NCBI GenBank assembly: GCA_977016875.1
Contig: CDRNST010000233.1
Span: 6,510,001 to 6,574,000 of the forward strand
Origin: Pavona decussata
Lineage: Eukaryota
Direction: 5' to 3'
DNA length: 64,000 nucleotides
Shown one piece after another: positions 27,101 through 39,594 of the stretch. How positions within the stretch are numbered: position 1 is the stretch's first letter; each line of letters starts with the position of its first letter. A program made the position numbers and the translations under genes. Under the pieces are notes generated by a model. That model saw nothing but the letters and a program-made list of their open reading frames with translations, was not told the origin of the DNA and ran no database searches.

Positions 27101-30100
27101 TGTGTGCGATGCACTCCTTCTTTACCAAGAGGCGTTTGAAAGGGTGCATACTCCAGCCCGCTATCACAACCCCGAAGGTGGTTGTTTTCTTGGAGAACAT
27201 GGCGAAGCAGCAGATATTCAGGACCTAGCAAAGATGTAAGTTTGAATAAACTATTCAGTTACTCAATCGAATGCTATGTCACCTGTAGAGCTGATGATTC
27301 GCCCTCAGCTCCATGCAAGCGCCTGATTTTTTGGAGCTTTTTTTGGCTGCAATTCTAGAAGAACCTCTCCTAGACAATCACACTCGAAAGGGAAAAAACG
27401 TTGTATGTTACACATGTTGTAGAAAGTGGGGCCTAAGTGAGTCTAAAACTTCAGCCGTCTCGCAACCAAAATTGAACAAGATCCGGGAGTCTCTATTGCT
27501 TGTGTCCGCGGCTCTTGGACGTTACAAAGAACTAACACTTCTGAGCATAAACGCTAACAAACTTGTGCTTCTGGGATCTAAGTATAAACCCGTTCCAGTA
27601 AATCTCAGTGAGAAAGAGTTAGTCTGGTTAATTTCGAAAAATCCGCTTCGCGGCGATACACAACGTCTGACTTGTTTCAAGACCGCACTTGCAAAACATT
27701 TTAAACTTATTTAATCAGTGCACTTTTAATGTAAACTTCTATCCTATTCCATTTCTATTCCTTTTTTAAAATCCCTTTATCTTTGTAATGTATTCTAGGG
27801 GTATTTGAACATTTTGCAATTTTTCTTATGAGCGTAAGCTGTCATTTGTTACTCCCACTTAATCACTTGTCCAGTTTGTCACAGTTTGGTCCAGGCATGC
27901 GCTATTTCCCTCATGAGCCCACTTCTTGTTCATTTTCTTTTCTGACAAGCGAGAGAAAAGAAGTGATACGTTGATCAAAAGAAAATAGCTCTTTAATGTG
28001 TGAAACCAGACATCGTTTGAAACATGAATATAACTTCATGTTTTTATGGCCATGTTCATTCGCCTTTACTAACCAATTTTTTTTGTCTTATTTTTCGTTT
28101 TTGTTTTTTTTTTTATTGGCAAGCAAGATATTTAAAGGAAACTTTCATTGAAGGAAAAGACTCTCTGTTTATGAAACCCTCCGTGCAAGAAAGATTCCAG
28201 ACAACGTTTGAAATATGGAACCTTCGGCGTAATAGAAATGGTGACAAACATTGGACTCTTGTGGGGCTCAGGACACCGACTGGTCTCGCTTTGGACACTG
28301 TGATGGCCCCTAATGGAAGCACCTTGGTGGCCCCTCCTGTTCCAGTTACGCACGTTATGCGTGTCCCAGTCAATGAATACTATCCTTGGGTTCAAATAGA
28401 GGAACCTAGGTTAGACAGCAAAGGAATGTGTTATTGCTTGGGAAGGGGCCAACTTTGCTACAAGTTTGAAAATTCAAGTCGTGTTACCAAGACAACCCTT
28501 TGTTGTTTTGGCGTCTCCATCGATTTGCTTGCCATGATTCAGGACGAGCTTGGTTTTCAAAGTGAGATTTATTTCACCCCGGACGGAAATTACGGCGATT
28601 TTGACGAAGAGACAAAATCGTGGAATGGAATAGTTCAGGAGGTGATAAGTGGAAAGGCGGATTTTGCCATTGACATATCTATGAATACTCTAAGGGAAAA
28701 ATATCTTGACTTCGCTCATCCGTTTATAGGCTTGGCATTAAATGTTTTGGTTTTGAAGGATCTGGAAGTTAACGACGGTAAGAGATATTCTTATGCTCTT
28801 CAGTGTACGACTTTATAATTATAGAATAAGTTTAGTTTCTCAGTGAAATTCAATGTTTCATTTCTAAAACAAAATTCAAAATGTAGGTTTAACAGACAGT
28901 ACAACCAACAGTCTAATCATCGTTACAGTGCCTTTTTATTTTCAGAAAATAACGAAAAAATGTATCGTTTTATCGAACTGACGCCGCAAATGTTTGCTAA
29001 TTGAATAAAACCTATAAAAGGTGTTCGTCATGGTGGTTTGAAATGATAGCTGAGTTTTAATCGTTTGTCTCACGATTGAGTCACATACATGTGGATCGCG
29101 ACGTTTTGACCGCTATACTGCTGGTCTTCATCAGGCGATAGGGTCGACTGATTAAATAACAGTAGAAGTAGTACCCTTGTTTGTGTTCATTGGTGCGTTT
29201 CGACCCTCTCTTAGGCTGTTGTTGATTGGAGGATTTCAATCCTTGTCGTTTAGACTAGAGATGTTCCCTCGGCGGTCCGCCTTGGTACCGATCAGCTGCT
29301 GTGTTGTTTGATCGTGGGCGTCCATGCTTCTGGAATTTCAATGCCATTATCCCTGTTGCTGTCGTCAGGATGAAGTCTTATGTGAATAGCCTCTTTAACC
29401 CTACTGGTGTACCAATGTGGGTCTCGGTCAATAAACTTAACCTCATCTCAGAGCGGATAGTGCCCGTGCATTGCTGTGTTCTGAAACGGCGGAGGATTGG
29501 GTTCGAGCAAGCCGCATGTCTCTGTGGTGTTCTTTAATCCGTTCATGCATAGATCTTCCCGTCTCTCCAATAAAGACCTTGTCACACTCGTAGAAAATCT
29601 TGTAGACACTTCCGTCTTGTTTTGCAGTATCGACAGTGTCCTTAGGTCGCACTAGGTGTGATCTAAGTGTTGTGTCAGATCTGAAAACTGTCCGTATGCC
29701 CTGCTGTTGTAGGCAACGGCGAAGAGCCTCTGATAACCCTTTGACGTATGATAGCACCGCAGTAGATTTAATTTCAGGCGCAGGTTCTTTTGTGGCTGTT
29801 TGTTTCTTTGTTTCCGTAATTTTCCACAAACAAAAACGGATAACCGTTAGAAACAAGAACTGGTGAGAGGTGTTTCTTTTACTGAGAGATTACTGATGGT
29901 TTAGTTATGAGGTGTTTCGATCTATCGTACAGGCACTTGACAATACCGCGTTTGACAGATTGTGGGTGGTGTGAATCATACGCTAGGTACCGGTCAGTGT
30001 GTGTAGGCTTTCTGTAAACACTGGTAGAGAGGTAGCCATCCGAATCTCTAGATACTAACGTGTCAAGAAAGGGTATTTTGTTGTTAGTCTTAGTTTCCAT

Positions 30101-33100
30101 GGTAAAGCGGATCGTCGGTTGTTGTTGTTGACTATAGAGGTGTTACAAGAAAATGTCAACTTTTTGTCAGGCACTACTCAAGATGGTAAAGGTGTCATCC
30201 ACATAGCGTTAATAACCAATCACTGGTCGTCAGCTCTTTGAAGGTCAATATCAAAACGTCTCTAGAATAATAATTATAAATCGAAAATTAAGATCATATT
30301 TTTAAATCTCCTTCACGGGGTTTTCATCAAAACGAAGGAAATCTCTACCGTGAAGGAGGTTGAAAATGCGGTGATCGTATTAACTATCATTAAAATTTGG
30401 TCACATTTTGCTTTGAATTTCTTTAAGAATTATTAATTAATGGTTTGAGAAGCTATAACAAACACTTTTAAAAAGAGTGTTTAATCCTATTTTCATTCAC
30501 CTCAAAGTTGGTAAAAGTTGCCCCTCGTTTTCTCAACACACCTCTGAGCTTGATATGTTATTTGAAATATTGTATAACCGCCTTTTTGACTTAATGTTGT
30601 TCCTTTTTGCTTCAACAGAGATTCAATGGAGCTCTTGGCTGGAGCCATTTCAGTATCAGCTGTGGCTCTCGATTGTTGGAATTATTAACTTAATTTTAAT
30701 AGTTATTTGGTGGATCGACAGAAAGAGTCCTTATGGTCATTACAGACAGCTGGATAGTGGAGATGATGGCTTTACAATCTTAGGTATTCTAATGCGCTCC
30801 ACATAGTTGTTGCAATTAGCCAAGAGAAAATAATAGGCCAGAGAGTGAGAACCCCACTATAACCCTTGGCCCCTTGGGATATGTGAATTTCACTTTTGTT
30901 ATTTATAGACGTCGTGAAAACACGTCTGTTTCCTGAGACGTCCGCAAACGTATCTTGTCTCCTGTAAATGCCCCTTAGGAAAACCATACTGAATATTCAA
31001 CAACCGCCGTTACACAATGCGACGTTGGCGCGCCCCGAGGAGTTCCCATGACGTTTCACTGACCATTTGCGGACGTCTCGCGAAACTGATTTCCGTTTAG
31101 ACGATGTCTAAAAATAAATCGAGTGAAATTCACATATTCCAGCGAACGCCCCTAGTTTCCATCTCTGTCCCCTTATTTTCTTTTGAATCAACTAATTGCT
31201 TTGGTTGTTTTGCCGCTAAGATATCGAAAGGGTAAAAATGAAACTTGTATTTCAAACCTCAAATTATACAATGGAGAGTGCACAACTTGTGTTTTGATTG
31301 ATCTAGAGGATTGTGTGATCAAAATATACAAAATGATGCACTTATGACGTCGTGAGACGTAAAAAGTTATCGTAGTCCTACCTTGTAAACTTTTGCATAA
31401 GTCAAGGTTGGTCGCCTTTTTTTAGCCAGTAGACGTGCTCTCTTGTTATAGATGACAGCCGAGGTGGCCTCTCTTATAAGCCTGGTGGTTTCTTGAGGTC
31501 TCCTCGCCATTATTGTAAATTCCTATCATTTCTTCTTTTTTTTAGTAAGGCAAATAAATAAATGATGATGATGTGATTTAAATGACGCAAGCAAGACCAC
31601 AATTGCTCATTCAATCTCAGCGCAGATCATCACTAACGCGATTTCTGACATTTCCAATTTACTGCGAGATAGCCGATATCAAGACTATGATGCATAAGAC
31701 AAATATATTCTGTTTGGCCGTGCGTGTGTGTTAAAATGCACAGAAGAGTTCAAAACGTACTTCCTTATTCTTACCATGTTTTGATATTTAACAAATAGAT
31801 TATGAGCTGGAAATTTCTATCGCGTGATAGTTGATGAGGGCGAATCCCGAATCAACCATCACGCATAGAAATCACGAGGCAGCGAATAATCTAATTGTTT
31901 TAGTATAAATCTACTAGTCATTCAAAACTTATCGACAAATTATCCAAATTCTCTTCACAGACACTTCGAAAACGCGTAGAAGCGGCCGCCATTTTGTTGT
32001 TGACAACTGCACACTGTTAGGCTACTCACTATCTACAATAGAATAGACAGTGAGTAGCGTAACCAATAAGAGAACGGCATTCGTGATAGAACGCTAGTAG
32101 ATTTGTACTAGCATTTGTTAGTACATGTCCACTGGTCACTATCCTGCCCCTCTAATAAGAATACCCATCTGCGGCCACTGCTAGCCCCCTCCCCAAGTAA
32201 TACCATGTTACCTTTGGATCAAACCACAGGCATTCTTAACAAACCGACTTTAATGTCCTTATTTTTCCTCAGATTCCATGACGTACGTTTGGGGAGTGGC
32301 CTTTGGTAAGGACATTGGAGCTGAAAAGACACCTCATAGCAGCAGTGCACAATGTGTCTCTACGTTTTACGCGTTATTCGCTCTGATTGTAGTCAATACT
32401 TACTGTGCAAACTTGATGGCCTTCCTCGTTCAGGAAAACTTTGAGCTTCCGATTAACGGAATAAGAGACGCAAAGGTAACGTTACGGTATATCATTACAG
32501 TCCAAATTTTGAATAGCGACTACCAAAAATATCCCGGGAGAGGTGGTCAGCTAGGGGGAGGAGGGGGGGGGGGGGTTGGTGTTCCATCACGAGATATCCT
32601 ACTAATTGCGTGACTTACTGAAAAAAGAAAAAACAAACAATTGAAAATAAACAGAGAAATCCACTACGTGCCAGGAACAAATGACCGGATTATACAAGTA
32701 TTCGCCACAAGTGATTCAACTTTATCTACTCTAACCGCTCTCTCCAAAGATACGTCCCTCATTTGAAGGTCTGAAATTTTTAGTAACCTCTCCCCTACCC
32801 TTCTCTATTAAGTCACTCCTTCCCCGTGCGGGAAAAGTTAGAAAAAAGTACTAAAAAACTCGGGAGTTTTAATTGTAAGACTGGTAAGACATCAGCCAGT
32901 TTGTATATAAGAAAACTCGGTCTTCAATGAGATTTGTAAAACTATTTTTGTACGAAGTTACATGTGAGAAGGGCATTCCTTTTGTAAATAACACACAACC
33001 CATTAGCGCCATGTTTTATTTAGTCGTGTGGTCGAATTTTGGGAAAGCTAATTAATGTTTCGTGCAAAACTCGTGATTTTAAAAAAGCCTCCTTTCCTTC

Positions 33101-35507
33101 TGGGAAGAGGGGAGCCTGGGTAGGTGGTCGAGTAACGACTTGATGATTGGTGCCTAGAGAGTGATGCATCATGGGAAAGGTCTACGCAGGCTCAACATAC
33201 CCGTGTCGATTTAGCAATCGAACAAAGGTTTGACCGTTGTCTTTTTTTGAGGGTTTTTTCCGGGTACTCTGATTTTCCTCCCACCACAAAAACCAACATT
33301 TCCAGGTTTCTATTTGATCTGGAAGCAATTGACGAAGAGCTACTCCGGGGATGTGCCATAAAACGTTCATTTAGTTTTATTCAACGAGGTATTTAAGTTG
33401 GGAATACTGTAAAAATGGCCACAACTGGTGTTTTGTGACTTATGATTCATTCCGGATCTGCCTGCCATTGTTACTAAGCACAGCTAAAATTTACGTTTAT
33501 ATTCGAAGGAAGCTTTTCTCTTTCTACATCAGACAGTCACCACTGTCTACCTACGTGACTAAATTTTTTGTCTCTGATTAAGGGTTACACTGTTTAATTT
33601 CAGTTTTGCTCTTCTTGCACTCACAGATCCGACACCCTTCCTTAAAACCACCAAATGGGTTTAAACTTGGAATCCAACAAGATTCCCAAGAAGAGACGTA
33701 CTTCAAATTTCACAGCGAAGATATATTTCGTGAAATCTACAATGTCAACCTCAAACTTAACTTTGTTAAGAATTTTGCGGAAGGCATTGAAAAGCTGAAA
33801 AACAGGTACGTCCGCCACTGTTCAGAGTACATTTATTTTAACTTTATCCAGTGATAAATTCTTATATCACGATCAAGCGGATAAGTTAAAATCTCGTCCC
33901 CAGGTTCTCGCAAAATTTAAAATACCCCACGAATCATGTTGGGCCAGTTATTTAAACAGAGTCTAACTTAGGCCGCGGCTTCAGACAATCAATGGGCCTC
34001 TAAATCTGTCTATAAGTGGTATATTTTAAGTAGATAAAAAGGTTTCTAGTCTGGAACACAAGCCTTCTTATTACCATCAGCAGCAGACAATGTTTAGATA
34101 TTATTGTTGGAAAAATTGAAAATGCCTTAGAACGTGGTTTTGTTAAACAACATCTAAACTGTCTCTTAATAACTGACCCATAGTATTTTGTGAAACACTT
34201 GAAAATTTATAGCGAAGACGAAAATCAAGTGTTTCGTGTAACAAAATACTATGTAGGATTCATGGAGTATTTTGTAGCGCATACTACTTAATTCGTCCCT
34301 GTGACGTAGACATCGCCTTGAGACGTTGGATTTGCTTGCGAATTGGTGGGTAGTTTTCAGTGCGCTTACAATCGCAACAATGGCAACAGTAACCAACAAA
34401 CCATTATTTTATCACACGCGCAAAATGTTTTAGGTGAGGCATAACCCTGACGTTTCAAAGTTGTTTACGGCATCCTTTATCAAAATAAGTATGCGCCACG
34501 CCTAACTTTTTGTTGAAGTAAGGAAATTTCAAGCAGTAAGAAAGAGTTTAAGTCGCACCTCTAGTCTAGATGTTCCACACGGACGGAGTCAGTCAGTACC
34601 TGTCTTGTCTTAATTCCCTTTGCCTCTTTCCCCACAGCTCAAGAGATTTCCTGTTCATGTATCTCTCTTGTAATTCCGCAGGGAAATTCACGGCCTGGTT
34701 GGTGATTACCTTTCACTTAGCCAAGTTGCTAACAAAGACCCGAACTGCTCACTCAGTCTCGCGGGACCTAACTTCTTTAACTTCGGCCTGGGATTAGCAC
34801 TGCCTAAAGCATCACCATGGTTGGACGACGTCAATCAAGCTGTATTAAAGAATCAGGAGAATGGGACAATAACAACCATAGAAGAGCGCTGGTTCAATAA
34901 AAAGGGCTGCGACTCAAAACCTTTTACTGAGCTCGGCATCATAAATTTCAGCGGTTTGTTCATGACCCTAGTGCTTGTGTTATGTTTCTGCGCGTGCGCT
35001 GTTTTCGTTGAATTTTCAATTGTAATAATGCTGATAAAGTGCGGTAGTCGACTAGGAGTATTGGGCAAGTCCATCAAAAGATTTGCCTTTAACGTGAAAA
35101 AGGGGGAAGAAGACCAGCTTAATATGCAATATTCGTTTCTTTTGAGGCGTCCGCAAAAGGCGAGCTTTGATGTCACCACTTACTCGGAGACAGTCGCCTC
35201 GTCTCAAGAACTCGGTTTCCGTAACGAGTCATTTTTCAAGTCTCTTGAACAAGTCTCCTATTACGACACGTGTTACACACCTAATGAAAAAGGTTTTGGG
35301 CCTAAGAACGCATGCGCTACATCCCATGAACAATCCACGTCGACATTAAACCACGAAGGTACTGCTCATCATGAGCAAAGGGTACACCGAAACGGTGAAA
35401 TCGAAAATGGAAAAGAACCCATGAGAGACTCAAGGTATATGAATGGACACCACCGCAACAGAACTAAAAGCTTTAAGAAAAATGGGTCCATTGCAACAAA
35501 GCTTTGA
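24195..35507 (+). CDS. Ionotropic glutamate receptor subunit, NMDA-type (divergent, GluN1/GluN3-like features), 7 coding exons, about 1017 aa
   Basis: Exons 24195-24617, 26628-27235, 28128-28777, 30619-30783, 32273-32475, 33627-33805, 34682-35507; phases consistent, total 3054 nt. Signal peptide, ATD, S1 with NMDA-type Cys loop (LCCFGVSIDLL) and DGNYG...WNGIVQEVISGKADFA, M1 (LEPFQYQLW...DRKSPYG), M2, M3 (NTYCANLMAFL), S2 (GDYLSL, GLALPKASPW), M4 (LGIINFSGLF), C-terminal PDZ-type ATKL. Confidence 0.92.
29095..30212 (-). mobile_element. Degenerate Penelope-like retroelement fragment (RT C-terminus + GIY-YIG endonuclease + 3' hammerhead remnant) in receptor intron 3
   Basis: Minus strand: RYVDDTFT (about 30185-30208), KIPFLDTLVSR...VYRKPTHTDRYLAYDSHHP (29879-30100), VYKI..CDKVFIGETGRS...RIKEH (29443-29856), with frameshifts. 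CTGATGA-agacc..ggtc-AAAAcgtc at about 29095-29139. Confidence 0.88.
30878..31140. mobile_element. MITE with imperfect TIRs
   Basis: gatatgtgaatttcact...gagacgtccgcaaa / tttgcggacgtctc...agtgaaattcacatattcc. Confidence 0.65.
31785..32110 (+). mobile_element. Hairpin-ended repeat, same family as 47313-47625
   Basis: Co-linear similarity to 47313-47625 (tagattatgag..atttctatcgc..gccgccattttgttg..gctactcactatcta..tagtagattt.tacta). Confidence 0.75.
33195..33360 (+). mobile_element. SINE remnant with V-domain-like core
   Basis: gggttttttccgggtactctgattttcctcccaccacaaaaaccaacatttcca resembles the conserved central domain of metazoan tRNA-derived SINEs; a weaker copy lies at about 47905-47990. Confidence 0.55.
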
Positions 35508-36294
35508 CCTCGATGAAAGTTTATACACCTTCGATACAGTATCGTCGGCATGCATCCGTCAATCTTGGGAGATCATGGATCTGCGCCTGGGAAGTTTGAC
35601 AGTCTTGTTCAGCTGGTACGGGAGCATTGACATCGGAAGTTGGGATCGGAGAAGCTGGACCCTGACCGAGTCATGTGGAGACAAGAGCTACGCAGGGATC
35701 TCAACAGATCGAAGACTAAGCAAGGCCAGGGTGCTGAGGAAACCAGTCTCGGCGAAAGAAAAGCTTGAGCCAGATGACAGCTCCTCAGGACACTCCCTTC
35801 AGGTACAACCTGTGCGAAAGAGACTGCCACTCCAGTGGCCTGTGCGGTCACAGCAAGCTTCGATACACGATACGCACGTTATCTCAAGCCTCCTGCTATC
35901 CTGGAAGGTACTTGCTTTCGGCCTTGGATATTGTTCAGTTACAGAAGTTTACCACTCGTTGTTAGGAACTAATTTTGTTCCACTTGAGTTTTGTTCAGTG
36001 AGAGTCTACTGAGGACAACTTAATAAAACGTCTACACTTTGTAACCAGTTCATAATTACATGCNNNNNNNNNNNNNNNNNNNNNNNNNNNNNNNNNNNNN
36101 NNNNNNNNNNNNNNNNNNNNNNNNNNNNNNNNNNNNNNNNNNNNNNNNNNNNNNNNNNNNNNNNNNNNNNNNNNNNNNNNNNNNNNNNNNNNNNNNNNNN
36201 NNNNTGAACTCGTTTTCGAACTTCTCGTTGAGTGTTTTTTTGTCAGTGTGCACATATATCGTGCACACAAATTGTAAAGTACAAGTGTAAACAA

Positions 36295-36658
36295 TAGGGT
36301 GCTTAAGCAACGAGGACGGCAACGGCAACTAAAACGTCACCCGAAAATATATCTTTATTTCATTTATGCTACTTCGCTATTATTTCAACTCGCTCGACAT
36401 CTACAGAAACGGCGAACTATCCAGGAACCAAATTGGATGGAGTGGCGTTCAAGTTAAGAAAGAAAATGAAAAATTCATTGTTATACGTTCACGTTCTCCA
36501 AAAAACCTTATATGTGGTCATTTCACGCTGTTGTTTTGCAGAGGACGGCAAAGAAATGTACCAAAATGTAAAACGCACGTACAGAGCGATTGTTTTTGCT
36601 CATTAAACCTATTGTTTTGTGGCGTTATCGTTGCCGTCGTCGTTGCTTAAGCTCCCTA
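36295..36658 (+). mobile_element. Full-length MITE of the 15732-16059 family
   Basis: TIR tagggtgcttaagcaacgaggacggcaacg / cgttgccgtcgtcgttgcttaagctcccta. Confidence 0.8.
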
Positions 36659-37408
36659 GTGTATTAAATATACCGTACTCGTATCCTCCATATTGGACTG
36701 GAAAGAACCAACTTCCACACGAGGCTTAAACGGGGAGAATCTTTGGACATGGAAATACTTTTTTTAAGACATTACCCCGAAAGAGCCTCCATTCTATACG
36801 GTTTATTGATCTATGTACTGTTTTCTTTAGTACATGAATGCGAATTGAACTTTTTGTCAATGACAGTGAATTGTCGCAAGTCAACTCGGTAGACCTGCTC
36901 CTGAAAAGCTCTATTTTCACCGGACCCTCATAACCTACATCTGCATTGTTTTTTTTTTAGGGCTGGGAGCATTATTCTGTTGTTCGTTCTTTTGTCCTCT
37001 CGACCAACCATGTACTGAAGACGTTGCAAATGGAGCAGGTCGCCCCACTTAAAATCCTTAGAAAAAATACTGTGCTCCCAGCGGTGACTTACAGATTACC
37101 CGTGGAACGCTTTAACACTGAGCTATGGATAGTGACTCGTGGTGAGCTTCTTTGCCCAACAAAGCTCAACGCTTTTTCAATAGTCTACTGCATCTTTAGC
37201 CCGTAATTTTGCTTTAAGAATTTCATTTGAGTCATTCGTAGAAAGGCTTATATTGCTTTTAACCCTTTTGGTTGAAATTTGACCTCTTTAGGAGAAGAAA
37301 TTTCTCCAGTACTAAAACGGAGTTTTTAGGATACCTCTCAAAATAAAGTAGATCCACGGAAAGGAATTTTTAAACTACGGTTCAAGAGTTCGATCAACTC
37401 CATGCTCG

Positions 37409-37751
37409 CAGGCCCGTAGCAGGGGGAGGTACGTGCAGAGGGGGTGGGCCCCCCCCCCCACCCAGAATTTTTGGAAGTTAAAAACCATGGGCCAAAACTA
37501 TATAATTAAAACAAATTAATGTGCATCAATCGGTCTTGAATTCTACGCTGCAGGTGCCTTTTCACAACCTTTAATAATCTGTTTACTTCCTGTCAGTTTC
37601 CTTCGCTAACAGTTATATACAACAGCAACAAAGGCACTCCTACCTGTGTGAATAGGAAATAAGAACCAAAATGGATCGAAATCAACCAATCGCAAGTTGT
37701 TTAGCCAATTTGCTCGGCCTCCCCAGTTGTTTAAGCCTTGCTACGGGCCTG
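37409..37751. mobile_element. MITE with caggcccgtagca TIRs
   Basis: caggcccgtagca / tgctacgggcctg; no clear TSD. Confidence 0.55.
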
Positions 37752-39594
37752 GCTCATAAAATCATTTGAAGGGAACGGCCGAGATTTTTTCTTTTTTGAT
37801 AGATAAATACAGCAGTAGTAACTTATATTTTTGTGTTCATTGGTATGCAAGCGATACTATGTTCACTTATGGTCTTTAAAACACACACGCATATGGGCAT
37901 AAAAATAAAGATTTGAGCACGTTTTCAACATTTGTTATAAAATCACAAAAGCCCAGGGGCAGATACTTTTCTCCTATCTGCCCATGCAAAAGCCCCTATA
38001 AAACAACGTAATCGTATCGAACTCGGAGATCTTCAAATAACGTTGCACAAGGTGGAGATGTGGCCCGACGACGGTGATTTATATATGTGGTTTGGTCTTA
38101 ATCGGTTAATGCGTAAACGAACAAGAACGAAATAAAACTTGTGGGTTTTGAAGATGTCGTAAGATATGAAAAACATATTGATTCAACTTGGCGTTTTCTT
38201 TCCAGTGTTTTGCGGGCGTTTGTGAAGACAACGAAAACGATTGTAAAAGCGTAGAAAAACAAAAATCGAAAGCGGTTTTTTTAAATCCCTTTTCATGAAA
38301 AGGTACACATGTCAACGAGGTTTAGACATTGCTTCGGGTTAATGAAAATCCCAGTAATAAAGATGGCAAATTTACCCAACGCTTGTGACACGAATTGTCC
38401 CATCTTCCTGATTTTATTACCAAGTTAGAATATCTTTACTGTGACCAGAAAATCGTGGTCCCGACCCTGCTAGCTTTCAGTTTCTTGCCGAAAGTTATCA
38501 TTTTTTTCTTTTTCAAAGTTTCATTATCGCTGGCGTCAACGCAGGCTTCGATGCCATTTTGCCTTCGTACAGTGACCTACAGTGGGCTCAGTTTAAACCG
38601 TTCCTCAAGAAACAAAATGCCTACACTGTAAAAAACGGTTTGACGACCGAAAACTGGAGTGACTAGAACAGAACTTGGGGACCCCAGTAACTAAAATTAT
38701 TCAAATCAATTTTGCGGTATAATTTCTCGTTCCTTATTCCTGGGCGAAGCAAAAGAGAGGCTCTGCTCTCAGAGCATAGTTAATAAAGGGCAATGGTTAT
38801 GAAGCCCCACATTCTTCCTTTGTTTTAGGTTTTTGTTGGCCTTTATTGCCCTTGAAGGTGCACAAAGGTGACAACGCTCAATAGCACTCCAATTAAGTTG
38901 AAAAAACTGACCAATAGAAACGTAACATTAATTTATTCAGTCTGAATGTGCGACCAAAGAACAAAAGGTTGTGCACTGTCAGGGAGCGTTCAACCTAAAT
39001 TGCAGCACCGTTGTTTTTGCTCTTGATTTTTGCCGACTTTCATAACCAGTCTCCTCTACTAACTATGCTCAGAGTGACCCAAGCAATTGAGAACAATGAA
39101 GTGATACTTCGTATTTAACAAAGCAATATAATATTGCACCAACAGTACAACCAAACACGTTTTAAGTTGTTCAACTTTTGAATAACACAAACAAACTGTG
39201 AAAGAAACAACATCAATACATTTCTGTTCCGTGATTGACAGTTTCTATATGAACTCAAAGAAACAAAAATTGAAGTTTTCCTTTTTTCTTTCCTTTCCTT
39301 TTCTTATTGGTTCACGTTCAAGGGAAGAGGCACGAATACTGCTAAAAAATGCACCTCACAAAGTGTGAAATACCAAAAACTTAATTTTTTCGATTTTTAC
39401 AGACAACCACTTGTTGATTTGTTTTACGCCAAACGATCGCGCGTAAATGTTGGTTACGTACTCTGCGTACATACTCTGTATGAAGGGAGTTGGGGGACGA
39501 TCCTTACACATCAATGGAGAAAGTCGTCGATCGAAACCCCGCATGTTGAATTAACTTGACAGTATATTTGGTCTGTTTTCATCATAACAGATAT

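Noticed and set aside
35443-36012. 189-aa ORF overlapping the receptor stop codon
   Set aside because: No recognisable domain or splice support; most likely 3' UTR.
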